64,000 bases of DNA, taken from positions 2,586,579-2,650,578 of the forward strand of contig BFEA01000004.1 in the NCBI GenBank assembly GCA_003427395.1, written 5' to 3'. The notes below the pieces were generated by a model. That model searched no databases. It saw only the letters and a program-made list of their open reading frames with translations, and was not told the DNA's origin. Both the position numbers and the translations under genes were made by a program. Positions 25,824-39,352 of the stretch are shown here, one piece after another; position 1 is the first letter of the stretch, and every line of letters starts with the position of its first letter. The DNA comes from Chara braunii. Its lineage: Eukaryota > Plantae > Charophyceae.

Positions 25824-26697
25824 ACACCTGTGATTTCATGCCGTGCTTCGTTATCCGGTGGCCCATCAAGCCCCGCTGCATGTGTTGGACTTCTCCTTTG
25901 AGAGGAGACCAGGAGACCACCGCAACACACCTGTGATTTCATGTCTTGCTTCGTTATCCGGTGGCCCATCAAGCCCCGCTGCATGTGTTGGACTTCTCCT
26001 TTGAGAGGAGACCAGGAGACCACCGCAACACACCTGTGATTTCATGTCTTGCTTCGCTATCCGGTGGCCCATCAAGCCCCGCTGCATGTGTTGGACTTCT
26101 CCTTTGAGAGGAGACCAGGAGACCACCGCAACATACCTGTGATTTCATGTCTTGCTTCGCTATCCGGTGGCCCATCAAGCCCCGCTGCATGTGTTGGACT
26201 TCTCCTTTGAGAGGAGACCAGGAGACCACCGCAACACACCTGTGATTTCATGTCTTGCTTCGCTATCCGGTGGCCCATCAAGCCCCGCTGCATGTGTTGG
26301 ACTTCTCCTTTGAGAGGAGACCAGGAGACCACCGCAACACACCTGTGATTTCATGTCTTGCTTCGCTATCCGGTGGCCCATCAAGCCCCGCTGCATGTGT
26401 TGGACTTCTCCTTTGAGAGGAGACCAGGAGACCACCGCAACACACCTGTGATTTCATGTCTTGCTTCGCTATCCGGTGGCCCATCAAGCCCCGCTGCATG
26501 TGTTGGACTTCTCCTTTGAGAGGAGACCAGGAGACCACCGCAACACACCTGTGATTTCATGTCTTGCTTCGCTATCCGGTGGCCCATCAAGCCCCGCTGC
26601 ATGTGTTGGACTTCTCCTTTGAGAGGAGACCAGGAGACCACCGCAACAAACCTGTGATTTCATGTCTTGCTTCGCTATCCGGTGGCCCATCAAGCCC
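25824..26697. repeat. 103-bp tandem repeat, ~8.5 near-identical copies, cut off by an adapter
   Basis: ACACCTGTGATTTCATG...GAGACCACCGCAAC recurs every 103 bp. Confidence 0.95.
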
Positions 26698-26735
26698 CTG
26701 TCTCTTATACACATCTAGATGTGTATAAGAGACAG
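26698..26735. other. Nextera mate-pair junction adapter (assembly artifact)
   Basis: Exact CTGTCTCTTATACACATCT+AGATGTGTATAAGAGACAG (two inverted Tn5 mosaic ends). Confidence 0.98.
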
Positions 26736-29700
26736 GGGAAAAGGAGGTTATGGCGGAGGAGGAGGGAAGAGGAGGTTATGGAGGGAGAGGGAGAAGGGAG
26801 GATGGAGGTTGTGGCAGTAGAGGGACGAGGGAGGATGGAGGCTATGGCGGTGGAGAGGGGGGGAGTCTATGGCCGAGGGAGCCAATGGAGAGGGAAGAGG
26901 AGGAGGGAGGTTGTGACGGAGGAGGGATGGGCACATTTATGTATCTGGATGGAGGAGGGAGACCATGTGGCAGGAGGAGGGGCGGGAGGGAGGGAGGCTC
27001 TGGCGGATGAGGAGGGAGGGAGACTGATGGAGGAGGAGAAGGCAGGAGGGAGACTATGGCAGAGGAAAGGAGCCTGATGTGGAGGACGAGAGAGGGAGCT
27101 ATGGCGGAGGAAGGAGAGAGGGAGACTATGTGGAGGGAGGTTTACTGATGGAGTAGGATGGGGGCGAGAGGGAGACTGATGTGGAAGGAGGAGATGGTGG
27201 AAGAAGGAGAGGGCGACTATGTGGAGGGAGGAAAGACTGATGGAGGAGCAACAAGAAAAAGAGCAAGACAAAGTAGAAGAAGAAACGAAAAGAAGAAAAA
27301 GAACTGAAGAGACTAAGAATAAGAGGATTGACGCAGATCGACGGCCAAGGTACAAAAAAAAAAAAGAAGCCATGAAACAGGGCCTACCAGGCCCCGAAAA
27401 ATTTTGCGGCCGCCGCCTAATTTTTTTTCCCCCTTTGGGCCGTAAACCTGCGGTGCCAATTTTTTTTTTTTTGAGGTTTTTGGGGGGTGGCGCTGAGGGT
27501 GCCCGGGTGCCTGCCCGAGGGGGTCGCCTGGCCGGGCGCCCTGGGCGCCCTTCCGGGCGACCTGGGGGTCCTGGGCGCCCAGGCTGGAAAGCTAGGCATA
27601 TACCCTGTATCAATGGTTTTTTTTTAAGCTTCTTTTATTCAAACCACGACTTCCTCGAAGCCTCCTTTTGCCGATTCAGATTCAGAGTCACACCGCGCGC
27701 CAATGGGTGCCGAAGCGCCACCGCAGCGTTTTTGTTTTTTTTGGCCCGCGCCGCCAGCCTTTGTGGTTCGGTATCCCCAAGGCCCCAAAGATATGTTGTT
27801 TTTTTGAAACACACACGCTCCTCCTATTATGGGGGGCACCAGTCCAACTACTGTTCCCAAGTAAGCACAAAATTTACATGGTATACATGACACTGAGATG
27901 ACAAGGAAAGCAGGATGGGTGGTCACCAGCCACTGGGAGACTCCCTTCGGTACCCATTCATCACAAGCCTGCACAACTGCCTCCCCCTCTTCCTCCTGCA
28001 AAGAACCCCCCTCCCCCCCTCCCCAACCTCCTGCGAGGCGGGGACCTGGGTGGCATTGTGAGTAGGTGAGTGGGAAAAATAACTGAAGGGAGGAAACTCT
28101 ATATTCTCTGTCCATCAATGGACCAGGAGAATGTCTCTCCTCCTTTGGAGGGATTGAACAGGGGCCCTTCGCCCTTCGTTGAAGATAGATCGATATTGGA
28201 CTATATGTTGTCCACAATTCAGGCATTACCTGGCAACGGGAAAAAGGGAGATTGTTATTCTGTTGCTTGACATGGAGAAGGCCTCAATAAGGTAGGTTGG
28301 AGCGGAAGGTTGGGAGGGAGGGAGTCTCGTAAGGAATAAGGACCTCTAAAGACCAGTTGGATATCCGATGGCCAACAAAAAAAAACGAAAATAGAATATT
28401 TTGAAATTTTCTGCCCATCCCGGGGACCGCCAATATCCGGTAGGGGGAACCTTCCAGAAGCACGTGGTTAACTCGGAGGTGCACGCAGGATAGATGGATG
28501 GGGTACTGGTCGTTGCAAGGGGGACTAACAATTAGTGTCCTCCCTTAGGGGATTCTGCAGACTGTCAAAGCTTCATCCTTCCCACGGGTCATCGAAAGTC
28601 CGACGGAACAGTCAGGCACTTAACCCTAGTTGCGTATGCTTCTTTTTTCTTTTTCTTAGTTGCTTCAACGCGTTTGTGCTTTCCGCTCTCCGAAGTTAGA
28701 CCAGTCATACCTTGGGAAATCTGTGAACCAGCAAAATATATTTCGCCTGCGAGCTCTCGGCGAGAATATTTGGATGCCATGAGTGCACATAGGCAAAGTC
28801 CAGATTGCACACGCTATAGCGTTCAGTAGTAGTGGGTCCTATTTGCAGGATGCAGGTGAGGATCCACGACTTCGCAGCCTCCAGTATTCCAGTATTGTTT
28901 TGGCGGGATGTTGTGCGGATGTTTGCTTTGTACGACGGTGCTGCTGCAGCTTGCAAAGTATTTTGTTGTTGGTGATGACCAAATTCTTTGCCGGTAAGCA
29001 GATGGGGTAATCCAGTCAAGATGGACAAAGAGAAAGACGGACAAACGGAAGAAAACTGATGTACCTGCGCCTTTTTTTTTGTAACTGCTGAGAGGATCTC
29101 ACACCTTCAAGCTTTCCTTCAATTTCTCCATGCTCAGAATGAAAGGAATTCCCTGCCCATTCTCGACGACCAGGTTTTTTTTTTTTTTTTTCAGAAACGA
29201 AAAGAAAGAAAAAACTCCTGTCCATGTGCTTTCCTCGATGTGATTACAACCCGACTTCAGCGCTCATGTTCACAAAAACAAACAATAAGGGCACGTATAC
29301 TGGCGCTGGCACTTCGTTAATTGTATCTAACGGCAATTGCGACCTCACCGCGATGCATCTGACCGCAATCACATCCAGAGCTCAGTGTGAAAATTCCTAG
29401 TGTGGGTAGACCCTGCTCATCTCCTCCATTGCAGTGTGGGCATTTCGTCAGTGGCAGATGATTGCTAATGAGTTTGTTTATCTGGATTATGAACCCTTGG
29501 ACTCGTTTGAGATGCAAATGAGATTTTTTGTTCGGCATCGTCAGTGATTGAGGAACGTGCTATCGCTCAAGACTAGCATTGTAAGTTGTTGTGTTGCCAA
29601 AGTGTGCCATAAGGTTCTTGACGACGAGCTCATCTTGCACTGCGTTTTCGTCAAGCTCTCAATGAAAGGCTCATCTTGATCTGCTTCTCATGCAACTTTT

Positions 29701-30231
29701 CGTATTTATGGCTAGTGCATGCACAGGCCGGCAGAGGGACTGAATGCACGTAACGGCCGTACACAGGCTGTATGTGGCAGTACACCCCACGTGTGTGTGC
29801 CTAAGAGGCCCTGCATGCACATTGCTTTCTGCCATTCCAAGGGTGTTGGAGGTGCGGGGTGGGGAGAGGGGCCACAAGCCTGGTGAGAGGTACCAAGAGT
29901 TGCCCCGAAGGGTTTCTTGATAATGATGACGTGATGAGGCCCACAAGGGGAATGTCCGAATCTTACTGGCCTCTGACTGTTTCAACATGGTTTCCACCCC
30001 TCCCACTTTGATGTAGCAATCTAATATGGAGACTTGCAGCAGAATTGTTGCAATCATCGTGTCTGTCATGCTACTGCCATTTTAAAAAGGTGTGCGCGCG
30101 CGCGCGCGCGCTTGTGAGAGAGAGAGAGAGAGAGAGAGACCCTTCCCATCACCATCTGACTCCGTGTCCTCTGCCTTGTTCTGATCACCGATGCCCTCTC
30201 CGGTGTACCCCCGGAAGGTGTGCACACACAT

Positions 30232-30234
<3 letters not shown>

Positions 30235-30307
<73 letters not shown>
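30235..30307. repeat. (AG)n microsatellite; shorter (GC)n and (AG)n runs at ~30094-30138
   Basis: Directly visible. Confidence 0.95.
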
Positions 30308-30312
<5 letters not shown>

Positions 30313-31550
30313 GGGTGGTAGAGGGGGCCAAGAGAAAGGGAGGGGGAGGGTGAAAGAGAGAATCTTCTTCCTCTGTCATAGGCCTGACTTTAGCGAGTCC
30401 ACGCAAGGAGAGACATTGGATCTCCTACTCGACTAGTTATGTACGAGAAAAAAAAGTTTCTGTTTTCCGTCTTGGGACACGTGAGCCTCTGTTCTAGCAA
30501 GTCGAGCAAAAACTCGAATGCTTCCACAGTCCGTGGGATGTCTCCAATCCCATGTGCTCCAGTCCTTGTCTTCCGTTTTTCCCTACAGTTCAGCACCCAG
30601 TTTTGGGCGAGTTTTCTTCATTTTTTTGGTTTTTGTTTCAGGTTCCCAGCTCCTCATTCGTCTCTACCTCCTGGGTCATCGCTTCCAAATCAGTGCTTGC
30701 ATGTAGGGCTCCTCCTTTTTCCTTTTTTCCTAGACACCACCCCCTCGCCTTGTCACTTAGACCCCTCCTCCCATCCTTGCCCACAATGTGGTGGTCCAAT
30801 TTTTTGGGTGTTTTGTTTTTATGGATTTTGCCTCCTTCCCATCTCTTATGTTACTTGGTGCAGAGAGTCAGAAGGAATAAGTTGCTGGGTGGATGTGAAG
30901 GGCCTTTGTTGCACTCATGTACATAATGCACCAATTGTTTAAACCACCAGTACCTTGCCCAAATGAACTTTAGAGTCTGAAATGCGACACTCCAGGCTCT
31001 TCGAGGTTTTCGTTATGGTTGGCCAGGTGTACCTCTTAAACCACCAGTACACCCGGGCCTGCAGGTGCCACTGCGCTCCAAGCCCTGAACTGCCAGCACC
31101 GCACTTTTTTTCTTTCTTGGCTGGCCCCGCAGCCATTGGGGTTAGGTAGCCCGAGCCTTCAAAATTTCCGTAGGTGACAAGTTCCTTAGTTCCTTTTTCA
31201 GCAAGGCTGGGGCCATGCACTGGCAGTTTACGTCTGACATTGCCAGCCAGAACAGAAACAAAACTGCGGTGTACATGGGTGATTGCGATGTGCTCGTTTT
31301 CGACAGCCGTGGTTCTTGTGAACGGTAGACTATCTAATGAGTTAGGCTTGGAGGTACTCGTAGCTTAAAGCGTCAGTGCACCATACATAGGCCTGCGGGT
31401 GTCAGCATGGAACCCGCACCACTTTGGAGGCCGCACTTTTTTTTTTTCTTCCAACGGCGTCCCATGCAGCGCGGCCCCTCCGAGTTTTGCTTGTGGGGAC
31501 AAAAAAGTCTGGGGCTGTGTACTGGAGGTTAAAATCTAACAGGTCATCCA

Positions 31551-31622
31551 GAGGCGTCTCGCAGTTGTTAAGGCACACAATTGGCATTCAGGAGGTCATC
31601 GGTTCAATTCCCATTGCCCTCA
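31551..31622 (+). pseudogene. Degenerate tRNA-like sequence (Ala-GGC-like loop)
   Basis: 72 nt, TTGGCAT loop, AGGTC variable loop, GGTTCAATTCC T arm; D and anticodon stems broken. Confidence 0.45.
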
Positions 31623-32528
31623 TGTTACTGTCCTTCGAATTCTTGGCGCCTGAGGCTGAGAAATAACCCATCAGTCCTGCGGATGTTTGTAGGGGAAGGG
31701 TTAATTGGGGAGGCACAGTGACTGGCCACTCGGATGATGTTACGTCTCTCTGTTATCGGCTGACCCCTTGCCAATGTCTCGCCCCTCTACTCCCTGCGGA
31801 GCCTGGGGTGCAGCCCATTTGATGGGAGTCTATATGCCTGCTAGGGGCTCCCCTGACCCTGGTAGGCTATTATGGCTGCTAGGGGCTCCCTGACCCTGGG
31901 CTGAATAGCCTACCCTGTCCGATTGGGCAGAAGACTGAATTTGGGCTGGTTACTCTGATGGTAGAACCTGAAGACCATCACCCTCTTAAAATAATAAGAA
32001 TAATAATAGGATAAAAGTTATCATAAAACTAATGATAATAATATAATAGTAATCCAACATGTCCATTGTTTAGATATAAGTTCACACCCGTGTTGGTCAT
32101 AGACCCCGATAGAGTGTTGGCCATAGCCTCTGCTGCTACTCGATGAAGGGTGGGGGACGATGAGAAAGGGAGGCACAGCTACTGGCAGGTCTCGGTCTTT
32201 GTGTTAGCCACAACCCCACTGGCGGCCCCAACCCTATACCCTAACCATTAGGGGCAAGGGGCAACATGAAATCCCCCCTTCACAAAGAGAGGAAAACTAT
32301 GCTTGCAGGGGTCCCCTCTAAATAGTCTTAGGAGTAGGTAGTGGAAGGTAAACAAAAACAGAAGTTGAGAGAAGAACATAGACAGTTGTGATCACCCCCG
32401 CCCCAAAAAAAANNNNNNNNNNNNNNNNNNNNNNNNNNNNNNNNNNNNNNNNNNNNNNNNNNNNNNNNNNNNNNNNNNNNNNNNNNNNNNNNNNNNNNNN
32501 NNNNNNNNNNNNNNNNNNNNNNNNNNNN

Positions 32529-32561
<33 letters not shown>

Positions 32562-33313
32562 AAGTTCTTCTCAAATTGTGTCAGATGCACAAGGTGATTT
32601 GTTCTTGGGAAAATAAATGATGAACTTTATGAAGCAGAAGTTGGAGGCTCTTGTTTCAAGAGTAAGCCGTTATGAAGGGGAAGCTTATGTGTTTGTAATG
32701 GATTACCTTTGTAGGAAAATTTTGGAATGCCAAATTTAGACACTCAGGTCTCAAGGGTAAATGTTGGCATTGATTATTGATGGGGCTGTTGGATCTAGTC
32801 GGTTGTGTTGTCGCATTTCTCAAGTTTATTAAAATTTGTTCTGAAATATGCAGCACTGCATTTGGTTAAAAATGAAAGCCGAGCAATTGCATATTATATC
32901 ATCATATCGTTTCGTCGGAGGGCTCTGTAAAGGGATATTTGTTTTGAATTGCCGTCAAGTAATTGTGTATATTATATGTAGAATTTGGCAGGATGGGTCT
33001 GTAGGAGGACTTCTGTATTTCAGAGAAGTTTTTTTTTGTTTTTTTTTTTTTTGTTGAAAGACCGGTATCCTCGCTACGAGGTTCGTGCTGCCAATAGTCC
33101 AAGGTGGACCCTCAGGTAGTGTTGTTGCAAACCTGATAATTGGGGAAGGGATATGGGGAACATGGTAATACAGGGATAAGTGAGATAGAGTAACTACTAA
33201 CTACTGCAACAAGGGCTGCAGATTCTGCTGATGTACACACTATAGAGGGAAGTAGGGAGGGGTGAACAGTAAATGTCTCTTTCTGCTAGGGTCTCCTGCT
33301 TGCTGCTCGCTCC

Positions 33314-33437
33314 TTCCTACCCATCTATCCTGGTCGCCTATTCTTTTCTTTTCTTTTCTTTTTTTTCTTTTTTTTTTGGAGCGTGATTTTTCGTGGTTGC
33401 CGAGATAAAGTAGCAGGACGGGTGCCCCCCAGAATAG

Positions 33438-33502
<65 letters not shown>

Positions 33503-33593
33503 CCTACCTATCTATCCTGGTCGCCTATTCTTTTCTTTCCGTTTTCTTTTTTTCGGAGCGTGATTTTTCGTGCTTGGTGAGATAAAGTAGCAG

Positions 33594-33651
<58 letters not shown>

Positions 33652-33797
33652 CCAACCCATCTATCCAGGTCGCCTATTCTTTTCTTTCGGTTTTTTTTCT
33701 TTTTCGGAGCATGATTTTTCGTGTTTGGCGAGATAAAGCAGCAGGACGGGTACCCCCCAGAATCGATGGGGTTGTGCGTGTGTGTGTGTGTGTGTGA
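33314..33797. repeat. Three ~110 bp units separated by (GT)n
   Basis: CCATCTATCCTGGTCGCCTATTC...GAGATAAAGTAGCAGGACG x3. Confidence 0.9.
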
Positions 33798-35189
33798 GTG
33801 TGTTTGTTTGTTTGTTTGTTTTAACAGAGGACTTATTATTTCTGAGTCAGTTAGAAGATTTTAATTTATAGGGGTTGTCTGGTGTATTTGATTGGTGTTT
33901 TGTACAAGTTCAACCGGTATGTTTATTGGAGATAAGTTTTGTGCTAAAGTTTTTTTGGTCTACATTAATTTTGAAAAGACGGTGAATGAAGGGGAACGTA
34001 CATCATTGTTGAGCAAAGTTCATGGAAGAAAAAATTCAAAAAATGGTGTTGTGAGAAAGTGACGAGAGTTATGTCTAGTCGTGTAAGAAATGTGCTTGGA
34101 AGTTGAAGATGGAGATGACGATGGGCAGATGTGCGGGGACCATGAGTATTGAAGTCAGTGTCTCTGAAGTGGCATTGAAACACCACTGCTCCCCGATCAA
34201 ATCCCTAGGTGTCGGGGGTGACGCCAATTCGCCCGGGCTGTCTGCAGGGTGTTTGGGCAGGCAGGGGGGATGGCTGTGGTAGTGCACAAATTTTTGATAG
34301 TGCTGACCTCAGTGGGTTCTCGTGCTCATAGTTTTTAACAAGCAATTCTAGAACGATTCGAGGATGTGACTGGCCCATTTGGGAAAAATACGAGGAAAGA
34401 AATTGTTCCAACAAAAGTCTCTTGTACGGAAAACAATATGTTTGTGTGAAAGTATGCATATGTTTGCACCCTGTGAGACCAAAACGTTTTGGTTTGGTGC
34501 CTAGGGGTCGTGAAAATCCGTAGGTTTGCTAAAATGGCTTTGCGGGCAGTGTTGTTATGGACGAGTCCATGAGCAAGGTGCGCACTAGTAAACGCGATGC
34601 ACTTTGTGGCTGTATGGGCCTGCCTGAGCCCAGTTAACAGTATTTCATGATAAAATGTATGCAGAGGCCCGCGGTAGTTGTATGGGCCTGCCTGGTGGTC
34701 TAGCCGGTTGCGGACAAGAGTACGCCTGTTGGTGGTTTGGATGTGCAATTGCGCACGTGACGAACATAGGGATTACTTCAGCAAGGAAAAAAGATCTCAT
34801 GTGTTTATCACAGTGAGTAGATCAACTAAACGAAGGCCTCTCCTCTTTTAATTCCCTCCAATTCGTATCATCTGTCCAAACCATCCCTTGAGCGTAGGGC
34901 TGTCGACTTGCCGCCAGCATGGACATCCCTGATGCTAGAAGGATATGGCTACTTGTTTCAGGCCACTAGCCCAGAGAGCAAGTCAGGACATTCCTATGTG
35001 GCAAAATGTAGTAGAATTCTGTAGCATTGAGCTCCCGAGTTTGTTCTGTGCAAGAATGCATGCATGTGCATGTGTGTGTGCATGTCTCCCGTCCTTAGAT
35101 GTGGGTTGTTGACTAGGGGGCATGATCATGTGTAGTATATATCTTAAACCGCCAGTACTTGGCCCAGCTATAGGCCGCGGCGCTTCCCG

Positions 35190-37197
35190 TTAAATGCGCC
35201 GCGCCTTTAGGGCTTCGGGATATTGGACCTCAATGGCTGGAAGCGCCAGCCAAAAAGAAATCGAAACGGTACCCTGGCGCTTCGGCAAAACTTGGCACGC
35301 AGGGGGGCGGCCAGCTCGGCATGGACAGCTGGGCCAAGTACTGGTGGTTTAAAGACTGCAATCCCCTCTTTTGTACCACGTAAGTATGTATGCATTCCTG
35401 ATTGAATATAATACTTATGAAGTTATGATCATAGTACGCAAGCAAAAAAACACTAACTAAAATTTGAAGCGCACACCGGGTGAGAGCTAGCACAAATTTC
35501 AGGGTTGTCGAGCCCCGGCCCCGGGGCCCCGGCGGGGGTCCCTGTGGCCGGGGGTCAGCACCCCTGGCCTCAGCCGCAGCCTGAACCCCCTGGGCCAAAC
35601 TGCAATATTGCAGTTTTGGGCCGACCTTGGGCCCCTCCCCGGGGCTACACCCCCTTCTCGTGAGCCCGGAGTAGTGAGGGCGCGGGGCCGGGGGNNNNNN
35701 NNNNNNNNNNNNNNNNNNNNNNNNNNNNNNNNNNNNNNNNNNNNNNNNNNNNNNNNNNNNNNNNNNNNNNNNNNNNNNNNNNNNNNNNNNNNNNNNNNNN
35801 NNNNNNNNNNNNNNNNNNNNNNNNNNNNNNNNNNNNNNNNNNNNNNNNNNNNNNNNNNNNNNNNNNNNNNNNNNNNNNNNNNNNNNNNNNNNNNNNNNNN
35901 NNNNNNNNNNNNNNNNNNNNNNNNNNNNNNNNNNNNNNNNNNNNNNNNNNNNNNNNNNNNNNNNNNNNNNNNNNNNNNNNNNNNNNNNNNNNNNNNNNNN
36001 NNNNNNNNNNNNNNNNNNNNNNNNNNNNNNNNNNNNNNNNNNNNNNNNNNNNNNNNNNNNNNNNNNNNNNNNNNNNNNNNNNNNNNNNNNNNNNNNNNNN
36101 NNNNNNNNNNNNNNNNNNNNNNNNNNNNNNNNNNNNNNNNNNNNNNNNNNNNNNNNNNNNNNNNNNNNNNNNNNNNNNNNNNNNNNNNNNNNNNNNNNNN
36201 NNNNNNNNNNNNNNNNNNNNNNNNNNNNNNNNNNNNNNNNNNNNNNNNNNNNNNNNNNNNNNNNNNNNNNNNNNNNNNNNGGGGGGGGTGTTTTGCGGTG
36301 GGCGGGGGTGGGGCACCCCCGCGGCGGGGGTCCGGGGGTCAAACCCCTACCCCGGCTTTGCCCCCGGGGGCCCCCGCCTGACAACCCTGAGCACAAGTGA
36401 CGACTTGAAATGTTAACACTATGCAGGCCCTTCGATTGTTAACTGATTATTCACTAGCTGTTAGCCTACCAGTTAATTTAAGAAAACTCATCTAGGAATA
36501 TGAATTCAACAAATAATCATTCAGATGAATTCATTATAATGTTGTTGAGACTATCTATGGATATATTATTTAGACTCGGGACGCACGGATGTTTTCAAAA
36601 ATGTGTATGATCCTTCACAATCCTTTCTCCATCTCCTCTTCAGCTCCCCTTTCCTGTCTTCTGCAGATTCGTGGTACTATATCTCCTCAACGTCCGCGGG
36701 TCACTCAATCTTCACCCTACACACCGACTTCTTCCTCTTCTTCTTCTTCACCTAGCAAAAACTTTGTGACCACCGTAGCGGCAGGTGTTGTTCGTTAACT
36801 TGATTTGCTGATGTATATGTGTGGGCACAACGATTCCCATTAAACGCGCCGCGCCTTTAGGGCTTCGGGATACCGGACCGCAGTGGCTGGAAGCGCCAGC
36901 CAAAAAGAAATTGAAACGGTACCCCGGCGCTGCGGCAAAACTTGGTGCGCAGGGAGGCGGCCGGCTCGGCATGGACAGCTGGGCCAAGTACTGGTGGTTT
37001 CAAGACTGCAATCCCCTCTTTTGTACCACATAAGTATGCATGCATTCCTGATTGAATATCACCTCTCCACAACCCTTCTGCTAAATGATCATAGTAAGCA
37101 AGCAAAAAAACACTAACTAAATTTTGAAGCGCACACCGGGCGACAGCTAGCACAAGTGACGACTTGAAACATTAACACTATGCAGGCCCTCCGATTG
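35190..37197. repeat. Two direct copies (~35190-36437 and ~36840-37197) of a ~355 bp interspersed repeat
   Basis: TAAAYGCGCCGCGCCTTTAGGGCTTCGGGA...ACACTATGCAGGCCCTYCGATTGT in both; copy 1 interrupted by a MITE; related inverted pieces near 27700 and 31040. Confidence 0.85.
35500..36389. mobile_element. GC-rich non-autonomous hAT-like element (N gap inside)
   Basis: TIR CAGGGTTGTC/GACAACCCTG; imperfect AGCACAA(G) duplication; empty site visible in the paralogous copy at ~37150. Confidence 0.8.
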
Positions 37198-37899
37198 TCA
37201 AATGGCACTCTGTCATCCTGTCTGCCTAGTGTCATCACAATTTAATATTGGCCAGAGGCTCCGCTTATGTAGTAAGTGTTGTAGTATTGACAGGCGAGCG
37301 GCCTGAACCAGGCAGTTGTGGTTTGGAGTGGTGGTTTCACATTCCACCCTCGTGGTTTGGAGTGGTGAAGTCTCATTTCCTTATCTCCTACAAACTACCA
37401 ATTCTTATCAGCCGAGCGGCCTGAACCAGGCAGTTGTGGTCCTTTCGCTATCATGTGATGGTGGAATCGGCAGCGTAGATTCGCTCTGGAATGGTATTTT
37501 GTATTGTAGGCATCTGGCTCTGGAAGCGCACAATGGGTGGACCGTGGGAAGCTGTAGTTGCAAAAACGTGTGCAGAAGGAATGTGTGCTGCGAGATAATT
37601 TGTGTGAGAGACTGTCAGGTTGTCAGGTTGTCAGACACCCGTGTAAAGAAATGTGCCAAAAAGGTCGAGTGTGTCAGAGTGAAAGAAGGTTTCCTTTTTC
37701 GTTTTGCTTCTGTGTAGGATACCCAAGTTTGAATCCAACGTGAACAGCTGTTTTCTTTCAAGTTTGTTGTTTTTCTGCGCATGTGATTCCTTTCTTCGTG
37801 GCTTCTGCGCAGGTGACCACAAGTTCGGATCCAATGCAATGGTAGTATACGAGCCAGTTTTGGAACTTCCAGTTCCAACAGAAGCATAGAGATCTGTCA

Positions 37900-39103
37900 A
37901 AACGTTTGTAGGCATAGCCACTAAATAACGGGCATGCCTCCCCCACTCCTCCATCGGAGGTACAGACAGTGGAGGTAGGACAGCAGGAGATCCGCCACCC
38001 TCCCCCCTGGAGCAGGTTGAGGACAGCCTGGTGGTGCTGGCGGATTGAATGATGCACAACCTCCACGATTGGGATTGGGATGGGCGGCTCCCAGACGTGT
38101 TTTGGACTCGATCCACAGGGAGATCATCCCCCTCCTGGATAGCAACTGCAGCCTCCGCACAGTTCTAACACACGGCCTACCCAGCTACACTAGCTGGGTG
38201 TGGCACCGCCTGATGGCCATTCCTTACCTCCGGCTGCAGCCGCCTGAGATGACCGAGGAACTTCAAAACGGCCAGGGGACCTCGGCCCCTGTGTCGACAA
38301 TGCCTGTGGATGCCACAGAGGTAATGATGTTCGGTACTGCAATGGCTTCGCTGCTACAGCAACCAGCTACTGCCAGTGGTGCTGGCAATGTTGGCAGCAG
38401 TGTACACACACAGGGTAAGGAGCCGCCAACGGAGGAGGGCCAAATGAGGCTACGAACAGGCGACAATAGCCAAGGTGCTGCCACCCAGCAACTGAGGTCA
38501 GGGGAGGGCACGGGGTTGTCCACAATAGTGGTAGCATCAGTGGCACAGGGCACGTAATGACCGTGGGGCTCGGAGCCCCCAGGATACACGACCAACGACG
38601 CTGCAGCCTGATCGCCCGAAGCCGGCTGATGAAAACTTAGTCAACAAGGATAGAAAACTGAGACAGCTCTTGGATTAAGGTACACAATCAGGTGGCCTTA
38701 CGGACAAGGGAAGCGTGTTTCTCCCGGCTGAGGACTGTTGGAAGTGGGCATTCCCGAGGTTTCCCACAGCGAAAACAGGGGGGTCAATCTTAACGGGTGG
38801 ACCTTCCGCTTCCTCTCAAAATACGGGAGTGCAACTGGGGAGAAAGTGCTAAATCAAGAGATGCTAGAACAAAGAGATGTCTCCCTTCTGTTTGAGCTTG
38901 ATGAGGAGGCTGACCTGCATTACTTCTCACGTAATGCCCTACTCGATGTGCAAATCCTTCAACTAAAAGTCGGTGAAACATGGTCTGCAGTTGATGTTTG
39001 CACAATCTCAAGCACTATAATCAGAAATAACTGGCTGCAAGGGCCAAGGGAATGGAATAGTCAAGAATGGGGGTGCCCGTTAAAGATGGCCTTCAGCGAA
39101 TGA
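37900..39103 (+). mobile_element. Degraded ORF(s), possibly LINE ORF1
   Basis: Protein-like ORFs 38045-38557 and 38738-39103 upstream of an APE fragment; no diagnostic motif. Confidence 0.3.
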
Positions 39104-39182
39104 CATTGGCAATTAACGATGTATACTGTTAGCGTACTTTATGAAAGGGACAAGAAGTAGGCAACGCACCCGAAGAGACACG

Positions 39183-39241
39183 TTGAACCTATGACCCTCT
39201 GTACCCAAAACAGATGCGCTACCAGACGGCGCTACACCTTG
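39183..39241 (-). pseudogene. trnP: NUMT: truncated mitochondrial tRNA-Pro(UGG)
   Basis: Reverse complement CAAGGTGTAGCGC..TCTGGTAGCGCATCTGTTTTGGGTACAGAGGGTCATAGGTTC; 3' end missing. Confidence 0.85.
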
Positions 39242-39352
39242 TCATGTTCAATTGGTAATTCAACTAGCTGACTAACTAAGATTGGATTGACTGGAACTGG
39301 TGAACTCAATGGTGTAGGTTCAAATTCTACATTCCAGAAATTAAGCCATAAT

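Noticed and set aside
25824-26697. CRISPR array or repeated 86-aa ORFs
   Set aside because: No unique spacers; the period of 103 is not a multiple of 3, so the ORFs are by-products
26698-26735. Natural Tn5/IS50 transposon or horizontal transfer
   Set aside because: The mosaic end is synthetic, and the back-to-back pair is the library junction adapter
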